Below, one piece after another: positions 30,001-37,426 of a DNA stretch of 64,000 bases (the first letter of the stretch is position 1; each line of letters begins with the position of its first letter). Where the stretch lies: positions 1 through 64,000 of IMG/VR virus record IMGVR_UViG_3300028920_000064. One strand, 5' to 3'. The notes beneath the pieces were generated by a model. That model was not told where the DNA came from. It saw only the letters and a program-made list of their open reading frames with translations, and ran no database searches. Made by a program: the position numbers and the translations under genes. The DNA is from a virus.

Positions 30001-31339
30001 CGCCGGCAGTAAAGTATGCACCACCAGCGAATCCTGCCCAAAATGAATCCCAGGCATTGTCCATGGGTTCAGCGTCGGGCCTTACGCCTGTGTGTTTATC
30101 AACAATATTTTCTCCGACAGCATTGATAAATTCCTCCGCACCCTCTTGAACAGGTGCTGTCCATAGACCTACCTTTCTGTAGGTTGCCATCATCCAGGAT
30201 CTCAATCCGGTTTCAAGCACCTCTTTTGTAGCATCTTTCCCGATAGTCTTTATAGATGCTTTTATCAGATTACCAAGACCCTGAGTGCTAAGTTCTGTCA
30301 GTGACTCAAGTGTGCCTGTCAAAGCCGCATTAAGTATGGCTGCCCCCTCCGGGGTTTCAGCCTCGATCAGCCTTTCATATTTTTCCCCTCCAACGTATAA
30401 CCCCAATGAAGCAAGTCCCGGTGCGCCACCGAATGCTGCAACTATTGTAAGTGGTAAACTTTCGGCACCTTCAAGAACAGCTGCGCCAACAGCTTCCTTT
30501 TTGTTCCCGTCATTCCATAGTTCAGTTATGGTTTTATCATACCGCTTACTGCGGTCCAGGAACATCTTTTCCCTTTCTTCCCAATTCTTGTAGTAGTTGG
30601 TGCGGGTATCAATAAGGTTCTTGACATCGTTGGATGCTTTTAATGTTTGCACCGGTCCTAGCGCACCAAACCCCATTTCCTCTACAATCTCTCCAACCTT
30701 ATCCGCTTTCCCCGGGTCTATGCCCAGTTTCTTCAGTTCCCACGTAAACACTTTCCCCGGGACGGTCAATAGCTTTTCCGCAAACTTGGAACCTTTCTTG
30801 GAATATTCTGGTAGCTTGGAAACCCCAGCCAGGATCCTCTCTCCCAAATCACCCATGAAAGATTCTTTGGCAGGCTGCCCTTCCTCTCCCGGTAAGGGTG
30901 CCAATAAGCCCTGTGGCTCTCCCTCTGGCATGAGCATCGTCATGGCATCTTTTGTGTCAAGATCCTCTGTAGACTTGGGAGGTTCGCCTTTAGGCCAATC
31001 CATAGGGGGCTTGGGGGCTTCTGGTATGTAATCCTCAAACGAAGGAATAGGGAAAGGATCTGCCGGCTGTACCGGAGGAGGAAACTTTTCTTGAAGATAT
31101 TTTGCCCTAGCTGATTCAATCTGTACCTGATCGGCTCCTTCCTCTGCTTCAATAGGGGCCAGGTATTTATCAAAATACTTGTTAAGCCTATCTTCCTTTT
31201 CCTCATCAGAAGCCTGCTGGTATGTCGGATCGTTAAGCATCATGTTCTCATAGAACTTGGCTCTTTCACGTTTCGACAAACCCCTGTCCTGTGTGGTGGG
31301 GTTATAATCAGGCTTCTTTACAGTTTCTTTCTTTCCCAT
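18035..31339 (-). CDS. Giant polyvalent virion cargo protein (DarB-like): adenine MTase, Strawberry-notch SF2 helicase, zincin peptidase, LPD38-like C-terminus
   Basis: QYSTP, MDPSAGNG (26078-26101), NPPF (25904-25915); GAGKGR (24818-24835), DESH, LSATY, AGSTGISMH, QLFGRVYR; HEIGH (21242-21256) with EGMAEF; MDF..AG and PKPFELG (about 18800). Confidence 0.85.
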   Translation of the reverse strand: MGKKETVKKPDYNPTTQDRGLSKRERAKFYENMMLNDPTYQQASDEEKEDRLNKYFDKYLAPIEAEEGADQVQIESARAKYLQEKFPPPVQPADPFPIPSFEDYIPEAPKPPMDWPKGEPPKSTEDLDTKDAMTMLMPEGEPQGLLAPLPGEEGQPAKESFMGDLGERILAGVSKLPEYSKKGSKFAEKLLTVPGKVFTWELKKLGIDPGKADKVGEIVEEMGFGALGPVQTLKASNDVKNLIDTRTNYYKNWEEREKMFLDRSKRYDKTITELWNDGNKKEAVGAAVLEGAESLPLTIVAAFGGAPGLASLGLYVGGEKYERLIEAETPEGAAILNAALTGTLESLTELSTQGLGNLIKASIKTIGKDATKEVLETGLRSWMMATYRKVGLWTAPVQEGAEEFINAVGENIVDKHTGVRPDAEPMDNAWDSFWAGFAGGAYFTAGGVAIKGVDIATRKKEGEPLEPVEPPEPPVEEPVEPEPEPEPEPEPEPEPVPEEPPVEPEPVEEEPPAEEPPVEEEPAPKVEVEVDETKPWTFDTQFMNEAQLRERQDVAKNIIQTLDAMYEEGRTGDIKNEDLNLDVQNVIQILGRDKRTIKNVEDIPIIRADVLEALAVTEQALEERKALPKKEEGMIRYGGRDFASIEDLAEELAKYPTERLPLPDMDIDVVRAIEKAKEIRKAKEEPAPEEPTEEPVVEEEVETVFGKPKEILNEKLKDLNARFVAREDEVASKVEEITKDREAIQKRLDTEFKGRLTLEQKKERKKLDQELRNMNRAAEILAEDWQKEVGDYAAQIQGDIEKTIRELAPDLTQTEFDNAMLYVWDDISRAREEEIDPDITIREHIKNVLTEDLTTPIEEEAPVEEPPVEEEPAEGVQPENIEKLVTKQEYQALSLPNDVKTIMVSGEEMRRMVDPTFEDSATSQTKDYIPEKEIWIDTDKYQGAAMLERVSAIFNELYPEAAEKVKKEKEKQTEKDEALKAEYDEKIRVNRHNAVIDFVEKYNNLPKSYTQKRADLYQYIGRAVNELGYTIKTEKGDLTVRDKEGKPIRRIADKVTQEEIDAQKTLEEYEDPGFIDFVNKLMDNPEYLEGADVWLDKRQIQSAVKNIKAGKNTVAANKLLNFLDLAYNQGVLNIRQTRNTPPVGVPINKVLSTIGDANLEKFTMQYGDLAPNNVDAAVEMGLLTEAEKDQYLKNIEDEIKEQEAARAAVEAELGEERPDRGVGERASPAENRRERERVTKEIEDKITEKREKIQDIQKQKQKKYAELTDRKGLFGDTKADPNAPVMFDETFEPTEENIKKALQPFDAEIEALNREIDALDQSKATAGSEAAGQTEIPAQDPYSDIVGKVFYIPELSKELKIVRVEEWTDPRDQRVKDLGGLFGEAPAQFDKLTVAIMEDPMSIRGESKKAVIVDKFRELIVEGKAEEVPPYDNKEYRDELSKIIDIYKSIGQMDQAERLEKQMYRQPRSYFQAEVDWKEDIANKQKAAEYERRKNDILSGKVMFTPIPVETDWTQETVLELLESYVKRGEPLTPFILQHAKKEDLDRLVRLTNDHHKILAQLGFTNNGISEIRYLHDRFYPTSPIMAMYGIGSHARSLAKGYKFASKEKLAKSVKYFSEILDETEEKHNLVRQRAFTWEVKNRIWNGEPIADFRELTAIAKKWGVTNKTNIRERAEVAMVEVARTIAMDETLTSDEKFSRIQELYTTFPTLSYRTNEIKEKQQYSTPVPLAFLMGEYTNAKDVDNVMDPSAGNGALLITANRKGVRANEIDKGRWQNLIEQGYRVFNVDSTRGIQDQLDVRTVDAVHINPPFGGRTEDFEGYWLHGEYLPVAHALKSLSDTGKAAIITGGHVKFKPNDQMLGKDLAFFNWLNKNYYVEDVIQIPGDLYKTMGASYPVKLILVNGRKTEKKGAAPLYNKSFDPVTDWIDVRDRINILKTKANERNSLQREVDAERGSDSLVGGRETDPNPTTERPGSDQTVSEETGIPPEQGAAGDEAFINPRFTRPDPGAGRTRASRTDNAKSTIPKSFGGTDQTGRRGEIRRFGEVRPTRSALDLPTNNIGKPDESSKRELGIEDISSDDVTPYTPLSRMGSGKFVIPASIAAEVQDALKQLSDEIGDIDEYVRAKLKYNSMDDMKATGNFAEQIDGIGQAIYNIEGNNAMIIGHQTGAGKGRIAASVVRYAVENGKLPVFITKGADLFTDIYRDLVNIGSPNYKPFIMNKQFSSSGQKVKVFDKEGEAKWEADFKELRRIVGTPDKPGSRKLPSDVKMVMTSYSQFTTEGRDDAKRDFLRQLTRDHDVVFIMDESHEASGQSNTGEFFKEWILNTNGGIFLSATYAKRPDNMPLYAMKTVLQEANMSLEELVDGIIAGGPALQEIITHQLAESGQFSKIGFRMDAEMNYIVIGDTDPSQKSYNPELGKQMVQRFDNVTSVLREIIKFQRDYINPVLQEMNEQVKREGRQVGERAGTSQAGISNQPYFSRIWNVIDQLLLSVKVREAIPMIVEDLKAGRKPVIALKSTMESIFLDMFNNDELKKGETIDLDFSYVLKRGMDTVMKYTEKDEQGNDLKKMLEPEDLTPTGRDRYYTMMENIQRMSTGIPISPIDVLKKGITDAGFEVVEITGRGSMFEMNADETKGTWVTNDRGDKIKAVARFNNNPGVAAIVNKAGSTGISMHSSPDFDDVSQRTMWTLQNDFDINVVVQLFGRVYRADQLNKPIYNIATSTLPAELRNFMMNAKKLKSLDANTSGNQKQSKSLADVVDFLNKYGDNVVYEYLKDNPQINQLIGDPLNIGGKDPNKQDAAHRVSGRIQILPSELQEEFKNEVEERYLQEIDYLNSTGTNDLMVTNESLDAEFVESEVSIDGEGGYSYFGDDTVLNKSDVNVTRKPFTREQLMEKLDEVPDNHVEEMRAAMDKGIDEQLAKQIAKVTESSNEARTLQKKKIEEKSGLTPEEKSREYELKKNEIDQREADRIDTLRSVALLHKSKFKSYFDFFYPGRGLEIPFTEDDQLDMVRMNKGVFIGYDVNMKKDNPWVPSNVLLKFATTDSRRMFRIPVSKSVHLDAIRGNSYHLGTRESQEILDTWDDIKKKRTREKRYIVTGNILQGMTKFKKGRLIKFSMADGSLERGILMPENWINDTENTARIPIKKAASIIKALAPYDMVEDMSKDVLIKKLTYSSPQLYELRVPASTKRGSKYYANEVIKSIVDYGLFEQKNDRMVAKFNEDALQPLLNVLDERFKLTIESSSKQVQRAMDQTDASNTMDEYGAPPRTGAVDRGGLSNPHNEPIGMIYRTTKGRVAPDPITPEKGKSPKKLWEIQDDVSNAIGKKIQYTRRPSTRRAAGAYDPTTGKMGIKRFGDEDTAAHEIGHYLDDKYGLLGPKAYPIYSELKSELRDLWEFGSKPPRGHKNPERYKMAEGMAEFTRAWLVNPNEAEKRFPTTYKWFSSQLMPEKKVWDGLVQFGKDIRTLYGSSAGDQLLANVRLDPTEGRQKTEWNRENEQGQFKVTIFDKMGRRIWYFLDPLVEAFKYAAKQKGIKDIHDPNQLSPLRNFEIMARNHLGIDVKLENLMKRGVMDLDGTPIYDSKTGRPLIFDSMYEAIPGHSDAEYEANVVEAMKYGIAQRAVELPKKYQARLIRFDLENTEDRLPPLKLLAQHPHIIEMWQGKINDILTRIDEGKLDPEKVWIDPKGEEGRYDFTNIVITGAAQSGQRDYDIAVETLKEFEEVKANNPELFEGITEFWRIYREISKQWSNYAYQAGLISEYTKDLIQNENLDYVGMNRLQAIEPADMVAGKDLEFEENRRPSGKGLLPRDVVFPFKGSDRPIDNPVSNLIRSWINVIDVGDMNYTVQTFADVFERDWVGRDMYEGEVVKQGEIAWVSKKAEPNSIAFYQNGEKRFLVFGDKYLYNNWKDLISSEDGLAMKIISFAPQLLRKAITRSVRFVNRNMIRDLLQWSVIGTAKRYSRPWHLLPNKDADNGFERYGGGQFGFVPRKQIVGINARKESKLPHHQYMLQAKKRGRPGTTYTLVGKGFQFARKQLNMSERPTRRLQYMSAYQEGIKKYGLSHVEASARAAFIARDLMDFAAAGTVVRELNKFMIFTSAAVRGVEKIVRVAKKSPGRFLGHLALFSIMPSIMNSMLIAWAPWISDDEKEEYLTHPNYLRDGFYRLPNPFGRGWIIVPKPFELGRIGSIAQRGMDRVILKDKDAFGDGFWWSAIQNLNPYSVSGVTSGFSGFINWATNYDLYRQKHIIPPEERDVAIVSRETQNASKFSRMIQEGSDYVTWRSEDNPFIDARMLDAFLFSQFSTYAEYPIGAFEYAPIMGEPNRRVALQLDDTGLYKDPQIYGSVDVQYLINLYKRYPHLRYEGHYAAFRNVLNGYFDQNVQADNALKDQQGAIVLQVAADLRKALEESIDPETGRPRDFNKEAAELKAIERAQRGQ
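29856..29902 (+). repeat. (GGTTCA)n hexamer tandem repeat encoding a Pro-Glu linker
   Basis: Four perfect copies plus degenerate copies; protein EPEPEPEPEPEPEPEP. Confidence 0.9.
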
Positions 31340-31350
31340 TGATCTAAATG

Positions 31351-32979
31351 TTAGGGAGTTTGATTCAGCACACCATACATCTCTGCCATATATTTCTTGA
31401 TCTCCTGGAGGTCGTATTCTTCAGCGCCCATCTTTGCAAGATAGGCGTTGTTCACACTGGCCCAGGGAGTGATAATCGTTTTTCCATGCTTGGATACATA
31501 ATCGCTCCATGATACAGTTCCCATGGACTTCTCTTCCTGCGCTGCGCCATATACCGATTTTGTAAGCAGATATGGTTCGTAGGTCAGGGGGATCCCCTGG
31601 TTAATCATTGCTTTCAGAACCTGTGTGGGTATCGGCTTGCCTGGGCGTACAGTGTATTTCTTCGTTGATCGGTTGCCCTCTTTGTCAACATGCTCATACT
31701 CCATGGGTAGATTATCCGATCCATTGTATGTGGGCATGAAGGATATTGATGCCGCCTTGTGGGATCCTATCTTAGTCCTGTCTGGCTCGGCTCCTGTGCT
31801 GGTATCAATTGCATCTGCCGGGGTGATGGAGTCAAACACCTCATCGATGCCTGAAAGAGGTATGTTATATGCTTCGTATTCCATCTCATCAGCCTGTTGC
31901 ATCTCAGGCGTTTCCTCCTTCTTCTTCCCTCTCCAATTGGTTTTATAGGTAGCCGGGGTGATGGTCTGTGACTTCATCACGATGGGCTGATTGGCTGCTG
32001 CCAGGTCAATGCTACCATCATCTGTTCGTGGTATACCACCTCTGAGACCGGTGGGCTCGCCCTGATCATCCTTCGGCAGCCTTGATGTTTTCTTGGTAGT
32101 GGTAGTTCCGTGTAATCCGGAGAACTTATTGGCAAACCATTCTTTCGGGTCCATGACAATACCGTCAGCATTTCGTTTGTCGGGGGCTACCTCATACATG
32201 GAATCGATGGCGTTCTTCATGTTCGGCTCTGCCATTTCGTAGCCAATGCGGTATGCTTCGTGAACTTTCTTGGGATCAGCCCCGGTGATCTGTGTGGTAG
32301 TCATTGTGTTTGTGATAGGATCAACCTTGATTTCATGGCTCATCACATCCGAACCTTCTACCATGGATCCTACTTTCTTCGCATAACCAATGATGTCCTG
32401 TGGCTCGGGTTTGTAAACAACAAGGGTTCCTGCATTGTCCACAAATGGTTGGGCAAATTCTGTGACATCCTCTGCCTCATTCATTCTTTGAACATTCTGG
32501 TTGGTGAGTTCCCAGTCGATCTTATCCCTATTGGCTCCCCGCATCACTGCCAGGTCCTTTTTGTATTGCTCTGCGTAATGGTTGTGAATAGGTATATCCG
32601 TAGCCATCTTGTTCTCAAGTTCGGATAGCTTGGCCGTGACGTTCTCTCCTTCAGGTGTCTTTGCCATCTTTGCCAATCCCCCTGCTGCCTGTTGCTGCTT
32701 AAACAGGGCACCCATCTGAACCAGGTCTTTATTGTACTTGCTTGCTATTTTTTTATTAATACCCTCTACGGTGGGCATCGATTTGATGTATTGCTCATAA
32801 TTTCTCTGGTCCAGCTCCTTATTCATCATTCTTTCCTGCCTGGACTTTTCCCAGCCGGCACGAATGGTGGCAATGGGATCGTAGGAACTCTTTCCAAGAT
32901 CCGGTACACCTATTCCCAATGGATCGGCCCCTTCTGGTATGTTGAAATTAACATCGCTATAACTTGTTCCCTTTGCCAT
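31351..32979 (-). CDS. Putative virion cargo/ejection protein
   Basis: 542 aa, helical N-terminal half; lies between the muzzle and the giant cargo gene. Confidence 0.55.
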   Translation of the reverse strand: MAKGTSYSDVNFNIPEGADPLGIGVPDLGKSSYDPIATIRAGWEKSRQERMMNKELDQRNYEQYIKSMPTVEGINKKIASKYNKDLVQMGALFKQQQAAGGLAKMAKTPEGENVTAKLSELENKMATDIPIHNHYAEQYKKDLAVMRGANRDKIDWELTNQNVQRMNEAEDVTEFAQPFVDNAGTLVVYKPEPQDIIGYAKKVGSMVEGSDVMSHEIKVDPITNTMTTTQITGADPKKVHEAYRIGYEMAEPNMKNAIDSMYEVAPDKRNADGIVMDPKEWFANKFSGLHGTTTTKKTSRLPKDDQGEPTGLRGGIPRTDDGSIDLAAANQPIVMKSQTITPATYKTNWRGKKKEETPEMQQADEMEYEAYNIPLSGIDEVFDSITPADAIDTSTGAEPDRTKIGSHKAASISFMPTYNGSDNLPMEYEHVDKEGNRSTKKYTVRPGKPIPTQVLKAMINQGIPLTYEPYLLTKSVYGAAQEEKSMGTVSWSDYVSKHGKTIITPWASVNNAYLAKMGAEEYDLQEIKKYMAEMYGVLNQTP

Positions 32980-32997
32980 GAGTGTTGATTTTTTACA

Positions 32998-33663
32998 TTA
33001 AGACATTATTCCACCTGCAATATCCATTATTTTACCAAAGGTCCCGCCAGTGAAAACATTGCCAAGCTGTTGGGCGGTTGCGTCAAGTGCGCCACCCATG
33101 CCTTGAAATGATTCAGCCCATGACCCCATCTTGGTTTTTAAACCTTCCCACTCTCCCTGCCGGCCCTGCTGTTCAAGCATTGCTGCTTTCTGCTGCGCCA
33201 TAAGGTAAGGGTCAGCCTCGTTCCAATTCCATGCTTGCTGCTGCCATTGACCAAGCCCCTCTAAGGCCCCCAGGTACTGATCCTCTGCTTGGTTCCTGAA
33301 CTGTGCATTTGTCACACCCAGGTTTGCAGTAGTATCCATTTGGTTTGCATAGAGATCTGCAATACCTCCGAAAGCCTCAGCACCGGTACCCATCTCTTTC
33401 ATGGCTTCTACCCCTCCGGCAGTGGCTTTTTGAATTTGGTTTTGCATTGTAGTTAGACCGGGCATATTTTGAAACCTTTTACCACTGGCCAGCTCCATCA
33501 TCATCTGTATGGCTTGCGGTGTTTGCATCTCCGGGCGCTGGAAAGACTGCGACAAGGATCTTGCCTCGTCAATCATGCCCTGCCCCAACTGCATTTGTTT
33601 CTTGCCCAAACGGGAACCCTGGATCCCGGCACCGATGTTTCCTAAGAATGAGAATATACCCAT
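32998..33663 (-). CDS. Putative ejection protein (G/A/Q/M-rich)
   Basis: Composition typical of podovirus ejection proteins; immediately after the muzzle gene. Confidence 0.6.
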   Translation of the reverse strand: MGIFSFLGNIGAGIQGSRLGKKQMQLGQGMIDEARSLSQSFQRPEMQTPQAIQMMMELASGKRFQNMPGLTTMQNQIQKATAGGVEAMKEMGTGAEAFGGIADLYANQMDTTANLGVTNAQFRNQAEDQYLGALEGLGQWQQQAWNWNEADPYLMAQQKAAMLEQQGRQGEWEGLKTKMGSWAESFQGMGGALDATAQQLGNVFTGGTFGKIMDIAGGIMS

Positions 33664-33679
33664 GATATCATAATTTTAA

Positions 33680-36600
33680 TTATTGACTTCTTTCACTTGG
33701 CCGCGACAAAACGGCTATGTTCGATATTGTTATCTTATCTGTCAGAGCGCCTGAGTTTTGCACAAGCATATCTACCCGCAAATACAAACCTCTCATATTG
33801 CGGCCATTCATTTCTTTTTGGCTCTGTGTTCCAGGCCCGGGAGTGTTGATGTCATTCAGGATCTGGCAGTAAAATACCCCTTCCCGTTCTTCGATGTTCA
33901 CATCATATATGTTCGTCTCCATCTCACCGGATCCCGCTGTGGCTTTTGCAGGAACAGTCACGCTGTTAAACTGTGGCCGGCCACCCGTCATATAGGCATG
34001 GATGGCTTTGAATATCTTCACCTTCATGGGGTTTTGGTTGGCATAAAACACCAGGTTTGGTGTCCTCACAACGCCAGTAAGGGTATTGTAATCAGTCCCT
34101 GCCCACCACTGATAAACAGTATTCAGGTTTGTCTGATATAATTTTCGGCCAAACCAATACATCACACCTCTTTCAAAATTCACATCCAACTGATTCTTCC
34201 ACCTCTGCTCCCTCTCGCTGTAAGTGATAACTTCTTGTGTATTGGATCCTGTTCCGAAGAGGCAGAACAACTCATCTGTCACCTTTGAATATCCAAACTG
34301 AACCCACACGTTATGTTGATCACCATAGGCTTTCAGGGCATTTGCCTTATCGATGAAATACCTTTTCATCTTCCTGTCACTGATCACCTCAATGCCGTTT
34401 GCCGCGTCCCTGATAACGGCTCCCTCTCCCTCGTCCCAAAAGTACAGGTGACGGTCATGGACTATGACACTATCCGGATGCCTTGTCCCGTAATTCTCCA
34501 TTGCAGGACGCACTGATCCAAATACTTTGTCTGTAAATAGGTACTGAGCCTCACCAGAGGCTTTAAAGGACTCTTGCCGGCTTATGTATATACTTACAGG
34601 CTTGGTGTACTGTAAGACCTTTAAAACGAATCCTACGAGCCTCATGCTCTCAATAGGCCCATATTCATCTTTGAGATCCAGGTAATCGTCAAACTCAAAC
34701 TCCGCTATCTGGTTCAGCTGAGATCCTATGTTCACTTTCCCTCCATGTCTCAGTCTCTTTGTCAGAACATTTTGCTGCTGGCTATCGATATCGGGGATTG
34801 GGTTTCCCTGGGATGTGAGCTGATTGGTGAAGTAAAAATCAGAGGCATACTGGCTCTCTACCCATATAGCAAAGTTCACATCGTCATCTACGTTCCGGAA
34901 GTTCCGGAGGTATTTCCAATTATCGTGTGATGTGTTGACCACGGAAGCGGGCGTTGATGGCTGGCCGCCGGCAGTCAGGACCTGATCAACATTACCTTTG
35001 TGAAACTTGTTCCCATAGATGTCAGTCCCTATCTCAAATGTCATTCCGGTGGTAAAATACAAGTTCGACTCTGTAGTGAAGGGCCTGTAGATCTCCACCA
35101 ACAGGTTATCTGGCCAGGCATTAGGAGGCCCAGCTGTGGAGGGAACAAAGGATGGTAGATTATCATTAACCGGGAAGTATATCCATTCACTCTGGATCTC
35201 CGTGCTATCATGCGGATCGTCACCTATTGTGCTTGCCTGTTCATAATCAGTAAACACGGCCATTATCTCCACATCGTAAATCGCGTCGTTGATCTCTGTA
35301 AGCACTCCCGCTCCGCTGACCTTCCCGATGATCCGGATCCTGTCTCCTTTCTCCCACACATATTCCTCAACAGACCAGTTTAAAAGGTTATCCCTGGTGT
35401 TGGCCTGCGCCTTCTTGATCCTCAATCGGAAGTATTCATCCCAGGACACAAAGGCGGATGAGTCTGTATGGTTCTTTTTACCCTGTGCAAAATTATATCC
35501 CAACAGCTGTAGGTGCCATGAGGTAGACTTGTTGCCTGCATACACGATCTCGTAGCTGGCTGCCTGTGGAGGGGGTAAATGATTTAACTCAAAAGTGATT
35601 ATGGGCTTACGACCCACATTGCTTGATGTGTTCTCGGTGGGAAATGGGATGTATGTTGTCATCTCATCTGTCCCGATCAGCGGTGTGATCCTCCCTACAA
35701 TATCCCGGTAGATGATGGCCCAGGCGTGTGTAGCGCCCGTCTTGAGCATTGGCACCTTATCTACATAGGTGACGCTGTTTCTCTCATAAAAGAACTCATA
35801 TTCCCATAACACATAGGGCCTGTTGAATGTAGATGCCTGTCTTGGAAAGGCGCAGAAGGTGTATGCAGATGGTGTGAAGCAGGTATCTACCTCCCCAGCC
35901 CATACCGTGTTGACAGCTCCACTGATGCCGGCCACGGCTGCTGACGGATATGAATCCGTCCCATTGTAGACGTATGAGGCTGTGGTCCATGGGTCTGATG
36001 ACTGGAATTTTATTCTGACCTTGAACTCACAAGCGCCCGGGTTTGTTGTTGGAAGGGTGAATCTGAGCAGGAAATCAAATATGTCCTCACTCACCCACCT
36101 GGCAATATCCAGGACGTTGAGGTTGACAGTTTGAAAGGTTATCCCTGACAGGTCCTCCCATGAAAGATCAATGTCTACCTGGGATCCTATCCTGCTATAT
36201 CCCTCTGTGATATTCCCAAAAGCCAGTATGTTCCCTTCGATCAGCTCCATGTGTTTTGCCCGGATGGGAACATAATGGAACAGATTGAAAACATCAGCTG
36301 AGGGGACAACGGCACCGGCTTTATCATTATAGAAATACACATACAGCGCCTCATTTGCTGGCAGTATCCTGTAATTCTTGTCATTGACTACATAAATCTC
36401 ATCGATGATGAACCAGGTTGAGGGATCCTCTGATGTCCTGGCCACTATACGAATCGATCTGACTTGCTCGTTGCCGGTATTGACCTGTAACCGAATCGTG
36501 TTGTTGTGTGCGGGGTCTGTTTCCGGATCGCCAAAGACCGTTTCTTCTTGCGAAGGTGCCGGCACAAAGCTCGGAGGGGCAAATGTACTCTTCCTGTAAT

Positions 36601-37426
36601 CCATGTAGATATACTGGTAAGAGAACTGCCATGTCTTTCCTTTCAGCTGATTTACAGCCACCGATGGTGTTGGAAGATATTCTGCTGTTGCGGCAATCAA
36701 CGGGGGTAGTGCGGCAAGTGTAAAGTTGTTTGGATCCACGGGATCCAGGTATACATCAACCACCAACTCAATAGGATCATAATAGGTAGGGGCCAGGTCG
36801 GGAGTGGTAGAAACACCCGTTGTGCTTTGCAGGACCTCATAAACATAGTCCAGGTAATAGATGAAATCACCGGCTGAATATCCGGGGCTGTTGGCATAAG
36901 CCGCCTCCCAGTAAGAAACCGCTGAATCAATCCCTGCATCCCACGTTCTCTCCATCTTCTCCATATCCATCTGCCGTATGTCATTCACGTTGTCAGTGAA
37001 GATTAGCCGGCCATCAACGATCCGTGGGTTGTAAAACTTCTGTTTGTCTGAGTCCCATGCTTTTATATTCCATGTGGCAGCAAGTCCCTGGAACACTATC
37101 TTGAAAGTGTTGTTCAAGATATCGTGCTTGATGATCACAAACTGCCCAACGCTTGATACCTCGCCATAAGCCAGGATATATGCCCTGTCGTTCTCCTCAT
37201 CCTTCGCTATCCCCAGGTGGAGCCAGTTGGTTGTTGTCCCTCCCATGTTTGGAAGGGTGAGTGCTAAGTGTGATTTGACAGAAGATAACAATCCCCCATC
37301 TCCTTGCTCCTGTGTTGGGCTGGTGTGTAGGTTTCGTAATTCCTCATAATCTCCCTGCTCAAAGTGCCTGGGATCGTCATCGGTGTTAAGGCCACCTATG
37401 GGTATGATATCTTCTCTCTGTTGCAT
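33680..37426 (-). CDS. Tail muzzle (tail stabilisation) protein, crAss-like
   Basis: N-terminal GGLNTDDDP....GDY...RN, LIFTDN.N, F.YQYIY.D, LAFGNITEGY, YFWD, EGVFY...L.D, G..MRG.Y. Confidence 0.8.
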   Translation of the reverse strand: MQQREDIIPIGGLNTDDDPRHFEQGDYEELRNLHTSPTQEQGDGGLLSSVKSHLALTLPNMGGTTTNWLHLGIAKDEENDRAYILAYGEVSSVGQFVIIKHDILNNTFKIVFQGLAATWNIKAWDSDKQKFYNPRIVDGRLIFTDNVNDIRQMDMEKMERTWDAGIDSAVSYWEAAYANSPGYSAGDFIYYLDYVYEVLQSTTGVSTTPDLAPTYYDPIELVVDVYLDPVDPNNFTLAALPPLIAATAEYLPTPSVAVNQLKGKTWQFSYQYIYMDYRKSTFAPPSFVPAPSQEETVFGDPETDPAHNNTIRLQVNTGNEQVRSIRIVARTSEDPSTWFIIDEIYVVNDKNYRILPANEALYVYFYNDKAGAVVPSADVFNLFHYVPIRAKHMELIEGNILAFGNITEGYSRIGSQVDIDLSWEDLSGITFQTVNLNVLDIARWVSEDIFDFLLRFTLPTTNPGACEFKVRIKFQSSDPWTTASYVYNGTDSYPSAAVAGISGAVNTVWAGEVDTCFTPSAYTFCAFPRQASTFNRPYVLWEYEFFYERNSVTYVDKVPMLKTGATHAWAIIYRDIVGRITPLIGTDEMTTYIPFPTENTSSNVGRKPIITFELNHLPPPQAASYEIVYAGNKSTSWHLQLLGYNFAQGKKNHTDSSAFVSWDEYFRLRIKKAQANTRDNLLNWSVEEYVWEKGDRIRIIGKVSGAGVLTEINDAIYDVEIMAVFTDYEQASTIGDDPHDSTEIQSEWIYFPVNDNLPSFVPSTAGPPNAWPDNLLVEIYRPFTTESNLYFTTGMTFEIGTDIYGNKFHKGNVDQVLTAGGQPSTPASVVNTSHDNWKYLRNFRNVDDDVNFAIWVESQYASDFYFTNQLTSQGNPIPDIDSQQQNVLTKRLRHGGKVNIGSQLNQIAEFEFDDYLDLKDEYGPIESMRLVGFVLKVLQYTKPVSIYISRQESFKASGEAQYLFTDKVFGSVRPAMENYGTRHPDSVIVHDRHLYFWDEGEGAVIRDAANGIEVISDRKMKRYFIDKANALKAYGDQHNVWVQFGYSKVTDELFCLFGTGSNTQEVITYSEREQRWKNQLDVNFERGVMYWFGRKLYQTNLNTVYQWWAGTDYNTLTGVVRTPNLVFYANQNPMKVKIFKAIHAYMTGGRPQFNSVTVPAKATAGSGEMETNIYDVNIEEREGVFYCQILNDINTPGPGTQSQKEMNGRNMRGLYLRVDMLVQNSGALTDKITISNIAVLSRPSERSQ

